A stretch of 64,000 bases of DNA from a virus: the IMG/VR virus record IMGVR_UViG_3300032241_000811, positions 1 through 64,000 of that record; one strand, written 5' to 3'. A program made the translations under genes and the position numbers. Of this stretch, positions 10,293 through 20,343 are shown in pieces. The notes beneath the pieces are model-generated. The model was not told the origin of the DNA. It did not search any database and saw only the letters and a list, made by a program, of their open reading frames with translations. How positions within the stretch are numbered: position 1 is the first letter of the stretch; every line of letters begins with the position of its first letter.

Positions 10293-10667
10293 TTACTTTC
10301 CTACAATATCTTTATATTGGCGTGGATGAATATGATCATGCCCAGCTTGAAAAGTCAGTACAGCATCACCAAACTGGTATGCAACCTGTCTCACAATCTG
10401 AGCAGCATGTGGATTCTGAGGAATGACCCAGATAACCTTATTGCATCTTATAGCACTATTTCTAATCGTTGTCAAGTCTTTATGCAGAGTTATACTATAA
10501 GGATCATTGGACCCCGCAGAGATGATACACATCGAGCCTTGATTGCCCGATGTGAAATGTTGAGAAATAAAATGCGCACTCTTGCCAACCTTGGCGTGAA
10601 TTGCACAATGAGAAGCCTGGCCGTATCCAACAGCGATGCTGTCTCCGATAGCTACACAATCAATCAT
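10293..10667 (-). CDS. minimal SGNH/GDSL hydrolase-like protein
   Basis: IGDSIAVG, SAGSND, DHIHP blocks. Confidence 0.6.
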   Translation of the reverse strand: MIDCVAIGDSIAVGYGQASHCAIHAKVGKSAHFISQHFTSGNQGSMCIISAGSNDPYSITLHKDLTTIRNSAIRCNKVIWVIPQNPHAAQIVRQVAYQFGDAVLTFQAGHDHIHPRQYKDIVGK

Positions 10668-10668
10668 T

Positions 10669-11118
10669 TCAAAAATCTCCTGGTGCTACCTGCATCACAC
10701 GAATACCCTCCGCACGGATTGCATCCACTACTTGCTGCCTGTCATCAAACCACATAAATGGTTCACCGTAATCTTTACGGATCTGTTGTAGCAGTTCTAC
10801 CTTGACAATACTATCCTTGCGGTTATCACCCGCAGGACGCATATACAGCTTTCCATACGGCACATTGAACTTTGCCATCTGCGTCTCGGTCGCTGCGCGG
10901 TTTTCTTCACCACGCCCGGAGCACAGTACCACAGTATGCCCTGCATCCCAAAGCAGCTTGGCCAGCCATACGATGTCATCATGTGGCGTGTCGTTTACGA
11001 TGCCAGCGTTGAAAGCCTTCCAGTTCTTGGGCTTGGTAGCGACATACTGGCGGCGATGGTCAACATTGGCCAGTGTGCCGTCAATGTCAAACACAACAAT
11101 TTTATTATTCGAGGTCAT
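10669..11118 (-). CDS. HAD 3'-phosphatase (PseT C-terminal-like)
   Basis: FDIDGTLA, SGR, LYMRP.GD.RKD..VK, FDDR. Confidence 0.88.
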   Translation of the reverse strand: MTSNNKIVVFDIDGTLANVDHRRQYVATKPKNWKAFNAGIVNDTPHDDIVWLAKLLWDAGHTVVLCSGRGEENRAATETQMAKFNVPYGKLYMRPAGDNRKDSIVKVELLQQIRKDYGEPFMWFDDRQQVVDAIRAEGIRVMQVAPGDF

Positions 11119-11121
11119 TCA

Positions 11122-11373
11122 TCATTCCTTATTTGATCTGATACCAATATACGATCCCATAAATGCACCAAATGCAGCGGGCAGCAATAACCAGTGGTTC
11201 TCAATATATGATGTCACCGAGATGCCGCCAAATATATAAATGCCAAACGACCACAGCCCTGCTTGAAGCGGCTGTTTATTGGCTGCTGCAAGAGTATATC
11301 TGGCCCAGCAAATGTCAGCGGCAAAAATCAATACCGCTACCAGTATGCTATCATATAAAATGTTACCCGTCAT
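11122..11373 (-). CDS. small membrane protein
   Basis: three hydrophobic segments. Confidence 0.55.
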   Translation of the reverse strand: MTGNILYDSILVAVLIFAADICWARYTLAAANKQPLQAGLWSFGIYIFGGISVTSYIENHWLLLPAAFGAFMGSYIGIRSNKE

Positions 11374-11744
11374 ACTTTTCTTCCCAACGTGGCGGGGTCC
11401 ATATCATCTGTGATGTACATAAACGGTCCCTTGTTATAAGCAGGCGCAATGCGCTTCTTCTTACGTTCAATCTCAGCGATAGTTTCTCTAGATTCTTTTG
11501 GTTCATCACGCCGCCACTTATAGTCATCAATGGAACGCTTGAAGCCATTGCCCACAACATTACTGAGAGGTGGTAAGTTCTTCTTGACCATTGGCTCAGG
11601 AAAATAAATCGACCTGTCTGGATTGCTGATAAAAGTCTTGCGAACCTCGGCAAACATTTGCTTGCGCTCTTCACGCAACCGCAAAATTCGTGCAGACGGC
11701 TTCTTTCGCGTGGAACTATTGCGTGTATAAACTATACCTGCCAT
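11370..11744 (-). CDS. conserved phage hypothetical protein
   Basis: IAPAYNKGP.MY motif. Confidence 0.6.
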   Translation of the reverse strand: MAGIVYTRNSSTRKKPSARILRLREERKQMFAEVRKTFISNPDRSIYFPEPMVKKNLPPLSNVVGNGFKRSIDDYKWRRDEPKESRETIAEIERKKKRIAPAYNKGPFMYITDDMDPATLGRKV

Positions 11745-12084
11745 ACTTAACCTAATGTAACCTCTTCTGGACGCTTTGAGTAGTGCTGTTCAAGCCCCGC
11801 AAGAAAGCCATTGATTTCGTCAAGAGGAATATCCTCAATACGCTTGCCATTGGAAACTGTCAAAACATATTCCTTGATAAGCAAGGGGATTTCAGCATAC
11901 TCCTTATAGGGCATCCGGTGACTGGTAAACTTCTGCTCCATCTTCCTTCTCCACTAAAACTACAGAGACATTATAACTCTTTTTTGCACGGAATGCAAGT
12001 GCTGCTTTTTGCTGAGCCTCATAGCTTGTTCTTCCATATACTGTCATCTTATGTCCCTTGTGGAAAGCAATATAGGTATTCATG

Positions 12085-12423
12085 TCAATGGGCTCCCGTC
12101 CAGGTGATATGACCCTTCCAAGTCTCAGGCTTTTCAAGATGGGCCCGGACAAAATTCTTTGCAGGGGCATTAAAAGCAGCGGCCTTGAGAATAGTGCCTA
12201 CAGGAAACTTGCCGTTGGGCTTGTTGACAATAAACGAATGGACGCTACGATCCGTGACAATCTTGATATAAGATGTCCCAGGTTGGATTTCGGCTTTGAA
12301 AGCTGCAATCATGCCCTGAACAGTCTTTTCAGAAGCCTTGGGGCCCCACCACTTGATATAGTCTTCCTTAATATACGCAAGGTAGGCATCAAGCGCCTTT
12401 TGGGGAACATTCAACTTAGACAT
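12085..12423 (-). CDS. conserved early phage protein
   Basis: YIKIV..SVHSFI..G.ILKAA.FNAPAK motif. Confidence 0.65.
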   Translation of the reverse strand: MSKLNVPQKALDAYLAYIKEDYIKWWGPKASEKTVQGMIAAFKAEIQPGTSYIKIVTDRSVHSFIVNKPNGKFPVGTILKAAAFNAPAKNFVRAHLEKPETWKGHITWTGAH

Positions 12424-12449
12424 AAAACATCCTTTTCAGTTACAGATAA

Positions 12450-12515
12450 AATATAATGACTTTTGATACGCTTTACAATAGATACCTTTGCATAGCTGTT
12501 ATGCGTCAAACGCAT
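12450..12515 (-). promoter_or_regulatory. early promoter with operator (copy 3)
   Basis: TTGTAA -35 at 12473-12478; motif GCATagctgttATGCgtcaaacGCAT at 12490-12515. Confidence 0.65.
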
Positions 12516-12780
12516 TGACGCCATACTTACGGATGATATACTTCTTCATCCAAGTTACACCCTTCCAGACATATGTTCGGGCAGCCTGTCGGCTGCCGAC
12601 ATTTAGTTCATGCGCAATTTCCTTATAGGTGCATCCGCGGCAAATATACAGATATGCAGCACGGGCAAAAACACTACCATGAAGCTGCCGGGGCGCATTC
12701 TTCTTCTTGTTCCAGAGCGCCGCAAGGGCATCTAACATCAACTCTCGGTTGTTAATAATCATTTCTACATCTACTATCAA
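12499..12780 (-). CDS. sigma-region-4-like HTH protein
   Basis: GCTYKEIAHELNVGSRQAA helix-turn-helix pattern. Confidence 0.55.
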   Translation of the reverse strand: MIVDVEMIINNRELMLDALAALWNKKKNAPRQLHGSVFARAAYLYICRGCTYKEIAHELNVGSRQAARTYVWKGVTWMKKYIIRKYGVNAFDA

Positions 12781-12797
12781 TCATTCTCTATACTGTC

Positions 12798-12863
12798 ATT
12801 ATAGCATGTCCGGAACATCAAAACAAGCGCAAAATTGGAATACCTGGATTGCGTAAAATGCAT
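12798..12863 (-). promoter_or_regulatory. early promoter with operator (copy 4)
   Basis: TTGTTT-N17-TATAAT; motif 12838-12863. Confidence 0.65.
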
Positions 12864-13253
12864 AGCTACACAACCATCAGTTGAGCCAAAAGAAAAGGGC
12901 ATCAACCATAAGTTGTATAGCCAATGCCCTTGTTTTGTGCTGTTTTTGTCTTAGCGGTGTATAGAAGCTAGAAAAGCTGAAACATGGTCATCCGTAAGTG
13001 GAATGTGATTTGCCTTGAACCACTTGTAATCTCTGTTATATTCAACCTGAAGTAGACGCACCAATGGGCTGTCTAAATCATTTCCGTTTCTCATATAGTC
13101 ATTGCTAAACATAGCATTCCAAATAAAACTAATCAATTTTCTTCCCCATGCAATCATGGCAGGACCCTCCTTTAGGTTTTGTGTGATTTGACATGTGTAT
13201 TTATATCACACATTTGCATCGGAGTCAAGAAAAATGTTGCAGTGCAGCAAAAA

Positions 13254-13658
13254 TTATAGTTTGAGGTGAGACCTATGGACACGGCAGCGAACCTGCTCAT
13301 TGTACCAATCATCTGGTTTTTCCAGAACAGCGCGAAGCATCTGTTCCTTGGCTTCAAGATAGTTTGCTGTGCCTTTTGATTTGCAGAGATATAGGATTTC
13401 CCGTTTGAAGTTCTCAGCACCAAGCTTGACTACATCTTCTTTCAGTTCATTATTGGAACCATAGTATGTGCGCCAATCGGATTCCGATCTGATTTTCTTT
13501 TTGCGGGTTTTGCCTTTGACAACTTTAGAACGTGTTTTTTGAAAAATCTTCTTGCCAATATATTGCTTATTGGTCTTTAGGTTTGTTATCAGATAGACAA
13601 AGGCTACATTGTCGCCTATCTGATCATCAGTCAACTCTTTGCCGTTATACAGCCACAT
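13254..13658 (-). CDS. GIY-YIG family endonuclease (conserved T4-like, MWLY N-terminus)
   Basis: FVYLITN..T.KQYIGKK, ESDW.TYYGS, FKREIL. Confidence 0.85.
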   Translation of the reverse strand: MWLYNGKELTDDQIGDNVAFVYLITNLKTNKQYIGKKIFQKTRSKVVKGKTRKKKIRSESDWRTYYGSNNELKEDVVKLGAENFKREILYLCKSKGTANYLEAKEQMLRAVLEKPDDWYNEQVRCRVHRSHLKL

Positions 13659-13661
13659 AAC

Positions 13662-13700
13662 AAAATACTCCCAAGAAGGACATTCCTGGGAGTATTTATG
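13662..13700 (-). promoter_or_regulatory. T4-type late promoter inside an RBS-sequestering hairpin
   Basis: caTAAATActccca...tgggagtattt inverted repeat. Confidence 0.7.
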
Positions 13701-14321
13701 TCAGTTGTTATTCGTGTCCAGCTTATGTTTACATTTGGTTCCATGCCACCTTTTATAATTGCCAGGTGTTGTTATAAAACTACAATATTCACACATATAC
13801 GTTTTCTTATTGATGTGATCGAACCCGCCTTTTTTACCGTAGTTTGGATTTTTTGCGCCTAGTTTTCCTTTACGAATGTTTTCTTTAGCTAAAACGGACT
13901 TTTTTATTCCTTTAGACTTTTTTCCAAATTCCACAAAGCGCAATCGTCTATCCTCAGTTAGATTCTTTTTATGGTTGATGTTTAGTTCACCCATTTTCAT
14001 CTTTGACATTTTTTCTCTAGTGGCTTTTGTGTGATGTTTTAGAAAAAACTTTCCGTTGCCGTTGTGTTGGTTATAGAAATCCTCATTTATTCTAGCATCA
14101 ACACCCCTAAGGATACTAACTTCGAGTTTTCTTATATCCTCAAAGGATTCTTCGGCTATGATCTGTCGAGTAAAATCTTCGGGTCTTTTGTAGTATTCTT
14201 CCAACATATACTTTGAAGAACAAATATATCCATCATCTGCCGTTCCTTTATGGGAACCAACATAAAGTTTTCCTTTTTTATGGTCTGTCCAACAATAAAC
14301 GAAAGAACTATTAGTTATCAT
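13701..14321 (-). CDS. GIY-YIG homing endonuclease
   Basis: FVYCWTD...LYVGSHKG..DDGYICSS; NUMOD3-like and Zn-finger C-terminus; AT-rich. Confidence 0.85.
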   Translation of the reverse strand: MITNSSFVYCWTDHKKGKLYVGSHKGTADDGYICSSKYMLEEYYKRPEDFTRQIIAEESFEDIRKLEVSILRGVDARINEDFYNQHNGNGKFFLKHHTKATREKMSKMKMGELNINHKKNLTEDRRLRFVEFGKKSKGIKKSVLAKENIRKGKLGAKNPNYGKKGGFDHINKKTYMCEYCSFITTPGNYKRWHGTKCKHKLDTNNN

Positions 14322-14484
14322 CCTGATCTTCGTCTATTTCCAAATCCACATCATCATCAAAACATTCCGAACCGCAAAATGAACAAAAACGCACTTTTCC
14401 TTGAGTTTCTTCATAATCATATATTACTTTGTAAGACGATTCACAGTAATTACATAATACTTTTTCTACTTCTTTCTGTGACAT
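14311..14484 (-). CDS. small Zn-ribbon protein
   Basis: 57 aa with CNYC...CSFC and an acidic tail (read manually; not in the ORF track). Confidence 0.65.
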   Translation of the reverse strand: MSQKEVEKVLCNYCESSYKVIYDYEETQGKVRFCSFCGSECFDDDVDLEIDEDQDDN

Positions 14485-14498
14485 AGTTGCGTGTTCCT

Positions 14499-16349
14499 TT
14501 ATGTTATTTCACACGCACCTGCTGCGCAAGCGGCTTGATCTTGAAGATTAGTATTGTCCACTTCTTCATTTACCTTGGACAAGTCGATGGTATGCAGATG
14601 CTTCATCTTTTCTATATATGTATCATTGGTGCAATCTTCAAATGGGGCTTGCACATAGGTATGATCGGAATGAGGCAGCACAGACAGAGCAGTGAACTTA
14701 TCCTTGTTCTTCCACATCCACTCACCGACTTCTTCCCATTCATTTGGCTTGACAGTGATAGTTGCTGAGACATTGTTCTTGTTTTGCCCCTTGCGATGCC
14801 CAGGAACAATCCACTGGCTATATACAGCCTCTACACGGCTCAGCAACTCAAGTGCTGTTTCATTGCGTGTTCTGGCCCCTTCTGGTGCCTTCTGAGGAAC
14901 AGCAATGATGGCCTGTGTCTTTGGCTTGAAGAAGTCATCCTCAATGATTTCAGGATGGTTCTTGATAAGATAATCATAGATAGGCTCATTCTTGCCGACA
15001 CGCAGGCGTCTGATGTAGAAGTCATTATGCCATGCGTGAATGCCAGATGATGTGCCTAGGACAAGGCTTGATGTGCCTTCTGGCTTGACAGTTGTTGTTC
15101 GCGCAGCGGGCTTGATGCCAATCAGTGCAGCAACGCGGCTATTTTCTACCTTGATGACATTTGCAGCTTCCTTCATGGAAAGAGCAAGGACCTTGCCAGA
15201 AGCAATACCAGTCATGGAAATACCGATGAGTGCTTCCTTTTCGGTTGTCTTTTTCCAAATATCACGCAGATAATGGAAATTGGTATAAGATGCTTGCAGG
15301 GTGCCGATGAAAGCAGCAGCCTTTGCTCTTGCATTATAATCTTCCTGTGACTCAATGTTATCTGCATTGATTGTGCAGAGATTGCAGAACTGATAAGAAC
15401 GCAGGGAGATTTCAGCACAGGGGTTCAATCCCCATGTTGGATCGTTTGTGAAAAACACACCAGGCTCACCAGAACCAGAAGCAGCAATCTTTGCCCAGAG
15501 TTCCTTGAACTTCTCTTCATCAATCAAGTGACGAACGATGACAGCAGTATTGTTTGCTCTTGCTCTTTGTGGGTTCTCATTATACCATTCACCAAACTTG
15601 CATGTCAACATATCTTCATCATCAATGTCAAACAATGCAATCATTGCTGAACGGCGGATGCCACCAGACAGCACGGCATCAGCGATATAGCAGTTGATGT
15701 CATGTATTTCAAGTGAAGTCAGTTGCTCACCGTTCTGCTTTCTATCAAGCATCTTTTGAACATTGTGTATACAGTCCTTGAGAGGTTCAGGACCAGGTGC
15801 TTTACCTCCTGATGTGATAAGAGAAGCGCCCTTTGGTCTGATATCAGAGAAGTCAAATATTGGCAAGGGCTTGCCAGTGAAGTAAGCCTTGACGAGAACC
15901 TTGATAGCATCCGCCCAACCTTCAATGGAATCACCAACCAGATAGCGGCGAGTGCGAGTAGGCTTTGTGATTGTTGGCAGCTTTTCAATGTGTGCAGATT
16001 GAACAGAATAGCCAACGCCAACACCAGACAAAAGCAAGAACATCAACTCTGCAAATGATTCAATAGAATCCATTGGCATAAAGCAGCAGTTATAGATACG
16101 TGCATTGTTGATGACAGCAGGCTTGCCTGAAAACTGAATAGAACGCATTGAAGGCAAAATCTTCTTGTCATATACAAACTTATAGGCGCCTTCAATTTCA
16201 TCCTTCAAAGCAGGGAACTTTTCAAGATGCATATTCTTGTTACGATCAACAATCTCTTTCCAAGTTTCGCGTCTTTTCAATAGAGGATTATACTTTGCAT
16301 ATTTCATATACACTGTGATGTCAGATAAGATTTCCCTTGAGATGTCCAT
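14499..16349 (-). CDS. nrdJ: class II adenosylcobalamin-dependent ribonucleotide reductase
   Basis: GGKAPGPEPL, GGIRRSA, NPCAEI, FCNL, VKPEGT, C-terminal CAAGAC; probable start MDIS. Confidence 0.9.
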   Translation of the reverse strand: MDISREILSDITVYMKYAKYNPLLKRRETWKEIVDRNKNMHLEKFPALKDEIEGAYKFVYDKKILPSMRSIQFSGKPAVINNARIYNCCFMPMDSIESFAELMFLLLSGVGVGYSVQSAHIEKLPTITKPTRTRRYLVGDSIEGWADAIKVLVKAYFTGKPLPIFDFSDIRPKGASLITSGGKAPGPEPLKDCIHNVQKMLDRKQNGEQLTSLEIHDINCYIADAVLSGGIRRSAMIALFDIDDEDMLTCKFGEWYNENPQRARANNTAVIVRHLIDEEKFKELWAKIAASGSGEPGVFFTNDPTWGLNPCAEISLRSYQFCNLCTINADNIESQEDYNARAKAAAFIGTLQASYTNFHYLRDIWKKTTEKEALIGISMTGIASGKVLALSMKEAANVIKVENSRVAALIGIKPAARTTTVKPEGTSSLVLGTSSGIHAWHNDFYIRRLRVGKNEPIYDYLIKNHPEIIEDDFFKPKTQAIIAVPQKAPEGARTRNETALELLSRVEAVYSQWIVPGHRKGQNKNNVSATITVKPNEWEEVGEWMWKNKDKFTALSVLPHSDHTYVQAPFEDCTNDTYIEKMKHLHTIDLSKVNEEVDNTNLQDQAACAAGACEIT

Positions 16350-16377
16350 TTTTCTTGCCTTTATGATGTGATGATTG

Positions 16378-17049
16378 TTATGACGATGCCTTGCTCTCAT
16401 TCACGGATAGAATGTCTTTGAGAGAAGGAAACTGTTCGGTGAGAATGCTCCAACATTGTGTTGCGATTTCACGATGCTCTTTTTGAGTGCCATTGCCCAT
16501 ACGCAACTCGCAATAGTGAATCCAGCTACGCAATGATCCTGACATATACAGACGGCTCATTGTCAGCCCCTCTGGCAATACAACTCTGGCCACTTCTTTG
16601 GCAATGCCTTGCTTCAAGGCTTCTTGATATATACCTGTGATTCGTTCTATAAGTCGCGCCTGTTCTTCTTCCCACCACTTCTGAGTGTGTATATCATCTG
16701 TCTCTACGCTGTTTTGGCGGTTCTTGGTATCTTGCAGGCGAGCCTCTTTTGGTGGTGACATATCAACCACAGCAGCATAACGCTGGCTGAACTCCTGAAA
16801 TGAGAATGATCTGTGGCGCAAAATCTGGCGTGCAATATCTCTTGTCGTATTGATTTCAAGAACCACATGAACCATCTCAAATGGCGACCAGTGTTTGTTT
16901 CTAACAAGATACTTGAGTAGCCTTGCTGAATCTTGATTGTCTTGGTTCGCGGGATTAGACACTCTGGCGCAATAAGCAACAAGCTGCTCTGCTGTGTCAA
17001 TGCCTTCAATCTTTGGCTGAGTTACGCCAATCAGTTTCACATTATTCAT
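16378..17049 (-). CDS. thyX: flavin-dependent thymidylate synthase
   Basis: HWSPFE, RHRSFSFQEFSQRY, TQKEH. Confidence 0.95.
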   Translation of the reverse strand: MNNVKLIGVTQPKIEGIDTAEQLVAYCARVSNPANQDNQDSARLLKYLVRNKHWSPFEMVHVVLEINTTRDIARQILRHRSFSFQEFSQRYAAVVDMSPPKEARLQDTKNRQNSVETDDIHTQKWWEEEQARLIERITGIYQEALKQGIAKEVARVVLPEGLTMSRLYMSGSLRSWIHYCELRMGNGTQKEHREIATQCWSILTEQFPSLKDILSVNESKASS

Positions 17050-17140
17050 GGTATTTTCTTAGTCTCTATTCCATTTTCAAGGTTATTTGTGATGCCAATA
17101 TATGATTTATTTGTTCCTTTAAGAACCGCTCTGTATACTA

Positions 17141-18160
17141 CTAAACTTTTTGCCATTTGCTGAACTCTAACTTGGCCCGTAAATCTTCGTGTGTGTTTTC
17201 ATTTATTATACTGACTATTTCTTCTTGTGTCAATCCGGAAATGATAGCTTCGTTTATGTCTTTGCCAGGAAAGTTTTCTGGCAACAAACATACACTATAT
17301 TTTTGTGCTATCATTTTTTCAACATTTTTTACTACTTCTTTATTTCGTATATCTCTATCTGGCACAAGAACATATTCAAGATCAAGGTTTCCTAAAACTG
17401 TTCTTACCTTGAAAAGTGAAGCATCCATCAATGCAATACTATTCGGAAGGAATAACGAATCTATTATTCCTTCTACAACATATATCTTTTTGGTGAAGTC
17501 CAGCTTGTCTAAGCCAAAGACTTTTGGATTGTTTTCATCCAACTTTACTGTTATATATTTGACTTTTGAAGCGCCGATTGCTCTGCCTTGAACGCCCAAC
17601 AACTTTTTATTTTTATCCCAGAACGGGAAAACTATACGGGGTTCTGCATAAATAATCTTGTTTACGCTGTCAGGCGCAATCTCATTGCTAAACGCTTTGT
17701 AATCATCAGCATAATAGATGTCTTCCAAAGCTTTGTCTGGAATCTTTCGCTCAACAAGGTATCGTTTAGCTGGGTGCTTTGCATCCAATGACGCAATGGT
17801 TGGAAGCTTGATTGTATTGAATACAGGTCTGCTACCCTCTGCAATAGATACGATTATATCTGGTTTGGGTACATTACCGCTGCTTTCGTTTTTATATCGC
17901 TCAAGCTTATACTCACGGTAAAGAGAAGGGTCTATAGTCTTTATAAAGTTACCTAAAGACATACCTGTATGACAGTTATGACACGTAAAGAATATATTGG
18001 ATTTCTTTCCATAAAGATATCCACGCGCTTTCATCTTGTTCTTTTTGGAGTCGCCACAAACCGGGCAGCGAAAATTCCAAAGGAACTCCGACTTCTGTTT
18101 GAAATGTTCCAGTTTGGGGGAAACGAGCGAGACAAACTTCTTATCAATCATCAATGACAT
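17141..18160 (-). CDS. 61: DNA primase gp61
   Basis: NFRCPVCGDS, CHNC, QGR, VEG..DS, KDIN. Confidence 0.93.
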   Translation of the reverse strand: MSLMIDKKFVSLVSPKLEHFKQKSEFLWNFRCPVCGDSKKNKMKARGYLYGKKSNIFFTCHNCHTGMSLGNFIKTIDPSLYREYKLERYKNESSGNVPKPDIIVSIAEGSRPVFNTIKLPTIASLDAKHPAKRYLVERKIPDKALEDIYYADDYKAFSNEIAPDSVNKIIYAEPRIVFPFWDKNKKLLGVQGRAIGASKVKYITVKLDENNPKVFGLDKLDFTKKIYVVEGIIDSLFLPNSIALMDASLFKVRTVLGNLDLEYVLVPDRDIRNKEVVKNVEKMIAQKYSVCLLPENFPGKDINEAIISGLTQEEIVSIINENTHEDLRAKLEFSKWQKV

Positions 18161-18230
18161 AAAACAAAAAATCCACTATGAACCTTTGAGAGATTCTACA
18201 GTGGATTTATGTGAAAGTCAATGATTATTA

Positions 18231-18716
18231 TTAGTTTGATGAAAAGATTTTTGATATGACGTTTGACTGGCCAATAGCCCAGGAAATGATGATACCAACA
18301 CCAACGATGGCATACTTCCAGACTTCAATCTGCCCTATACGTGATCCCAGGTTGTCTTTATTTGTATGTAGTTCTTCGCGCAACTTTTGAATCTCTGTCA
18401 GAATGGTTTTTTCAGTTGTCGTTATCTTATCTGTCAGTGCTTCATTTACCCTGTTGATTCGCTCGTAAACATCCTTTATATTTTCGTTGTGTTCTTGTCG
18501 TCTCATTTCCATCAAGCCCTGGAACTCTGTTGTTACTTTTTCTTGTGTTTCGAGTCTCTGTTCTTGAAGAGACAACATCTTAGAAAGATTTGATGCTATT
18601 TCCTGCATCTTATCTATAGTTGTATCGAACTTCTCCAGCAGTGCTGACATAGTTGTTACATCTTTTTTGAGCAACTCAATCTCGATTTTATTTTCTTTTT
18701 CTAATTCCACAGTCAT
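18231..18716 (-). CDS. coiled-coil protein with C-terminal TM segment
   Basis: heptad-rich body, WKYAIVGVGIIISW. Confidence 0.6.
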   Translation of the reverse strand: MTVELEKENKIEIELLKKDVTTMSALLEKFDTTIDKMQEIASNLSKMLSLQEQRLETQEKVTTEFQGLMEMRRQEHNENIKDVYERINRVNEALTDKITTTEKTILTEIQKLREELHTNKDNLGSRIGQIEVWKYAIVGVGIIISWAIGQSNVISKIFSSN

Positions 18717-18729
18717 ACCTCTAGACTAT

Positions 18730-19068
18730 TTATTTTCTGCTACGCATAGCTTCCAGTTTGGCTGCGATGGCCATCTGTCTGCGCTTTGCTGGTGATTTGC
18801 CTTTGAACTGTGGCGCACTGGACTTTTCAAAGTCTTTGATATATGTACCCATAGAAGTCTTTGGTGTCAGGACTTCGTTGACTTCAGATTCTTCTTTGAT
18901 GTCTTTATGCAGTTTCATCTTTCTCTGAGCATCAGCTTGCATACTCTTCATAGCCTTGCGAGCCAACTGCTTGGCCTTTGTTTTCGGATTCTTGTATGGA
19001 GTTGACTTTACAGCAGTAGGCTCAAATGGGGCCTTTTCTTCATTTATGAACTGATCGAAGGATTTCAT
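18730..19068 (-). CDS. putative internal head protein
   Basis: N-terminus MKSFDQFINEE resembles the T4 capsid-targeting sequence; YIKDF.KS.APQFKGKS..KRRQMAIAA motif. Confidence 0.6.
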   Translation of the reverse strand: MKSFDQFINEEKAPFEPTAVKSTPYKNPKTKAKQLARKAMKSMQADAQRKMKLHKDIKEESEVNEVLTPKTSMGTYIKDFEKSSAPQFKGKSPAKRRQMAIAAKLEAMRSRK

Positions 19069-19143
19069 TTTTGTTCTCTTTCTTTGTCTCAAAAAGGGGG
19101 AGAAAAGCATCTCCCCCTCTTGTATATTTAGTGTTTGTGGCTT

Positions 19144-19440
19144 TTACTGTGGAATGCCGACTGGTGCATTTGCTGGTGCAGGAGCAGCAGTATTTACAAC
19201 AACTGTAGGTGGTGCAGCAGGTGTGTCCTGAGGCACTGGTGCAGGAACCACAGCAGGTGCATTTGCTGGTGCAGGAGCAGCAGTATTTACAACAACTGTA
19301 GGTGGTGCAGCAGGTGTGTTTTGAGTCGCTGGCGCTGATCCATGATACCAGTCAATTAACTTTCTGACCCAGCCAGGCTGAGGCAGGAAGTGCCAACCGA
19401 CAACGACACCAACGATAAACAACAGAATAAGAATGTCCAT
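19144..19440 (-). CDS. membrane-anchored Pro/Ala-rich protein
   Basis: N-terminal TM segment; duplicated TPAAPPTVVVNTAAPAPANAP. Confidence 0.6.
   Translation of the reverse strand: MDILILLFIVGVVVGWHFLPQPGWVRKLIDWYHGSAPATQNTPAAPPTVVVNTAAPAPANAPAVVPAPVPQDTPAAPPTVVVNTAAPAPANAPVGIPQ
19163..19319. repeat. 64-bp exact direct repeat, period 93
   Basis: 19163-19226 = 19256-19319. Confidence 0.85.
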
Positions 19441-19457
19441 ATTTTATTTCTCCATGA

Positions 19458-19979
19458 TTACTTCTTTAGCATGTCTTTGGTGGTAGGCAAGACATTGATT
19501 TTTCCAATAGGGGTTATACCACCGTAACCCATCTTTTCAAGGATTCTGGCACCAAACCAGAATGAGATAATCGTTCCAAACAGTGCCATAGTATCCTGAT
19601 CCCAAACATTTGCAAGCATCTCTGGAATAGAGTTGCCGTCTTTTATCATAACAGTTGCAGCAGCTACCTTGACAGCAACGAATAGAATGAATAGAGTATA
19701 GGTAATGACTGGCCTGATAGAAGCTTTAAGTATATTAAGAAACTTTCCGCCGTCAATGTTATTATCATAAGATCGAACAGATTGCGCGTCTGCAATGTCT
19801 GCCTGAGCATCCGCGATATCCATCTGTATCTGCGCAGTCTGCATACTAATCTGTAGTTGGAGTTTGACGAGTTCAACATTATATTTCATCTCCATGCTTC
19901 TGGCAAATATGTTCACAAGGCTGGGCAAAATGCTGCCAAAGATACCTAGAAACGGTGATAGTAGTGTCAAAAATGACAT
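19458..19979 (-). CDS. holin-like membrane protein
   Basis: ASIRPVITY...IISFWFGAR, typical of the 3TM (GTA-type) holin family. Confidence 0.7.
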   Translation of the reverse strand: MSFLTLLSPFLGIFGSILPSLVNIFARSMEMKYNVELVKLQLQISMQTAQIQMDIADAQADIADAQSVRSYDNNIDGGKFLNILKASIRPVITYTLFILFVAVKVAAATVMIKDGNSIPEMLANVWDQDTMALFGTIISFWFGARILEKMGYGGITPIGKINVLPTTKDMLKK

Positions 19980-19994
19980 TTTATATTTCTCCTT

Positions 19995-20339
19995 TTATTG
20001 CACTGACATTTCTTTTAGCTTTTCCTGGCCTCTAGACCAAGAAGTAATACCCAACACAGCGCCCATAGCCAAATGGTAAAGCCCGCCACCTTCAAGAGAA
20101 AGTGGGTGCCATTGTATATATGCAGTGTGTGTATAGGTGGAATAAAAGGTGAGCATTATTGGCGCAAGAATGAAATCAAATATACAGACAGCCATATACT
20201 GCCATGCCATTGCTGGGCGCCAATAAGAATAGACCCAATGTTCACCTTTTGCATCGACAAGAACTTGTTGTTGAGCAGAGTTGCTTTCAGTGGCGATTGC
20301 TGTTATTGCTGGCCCATTACTAATGATCGCCTCTGCCAT
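19995..20339 (-). CDS. holin-like 3TM protein
   Basis: WRPAMAW.YM..CIFDF, HLAMGAVLG..WSRGQEK. Confidence 0.7.
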   Translation of the reverse strand: MAEAIISNGPAITAIATESNSAQQQVLVDAKGEHWVYSYWRPAMAWQYMAVCIFDFILAPIMLTFYSTYTHTAYIQWHPLSLEGGGLYHLAMGAVLGITSWSRGQEKLKEMSVQ

Positions 20340-20343
20340 AATC

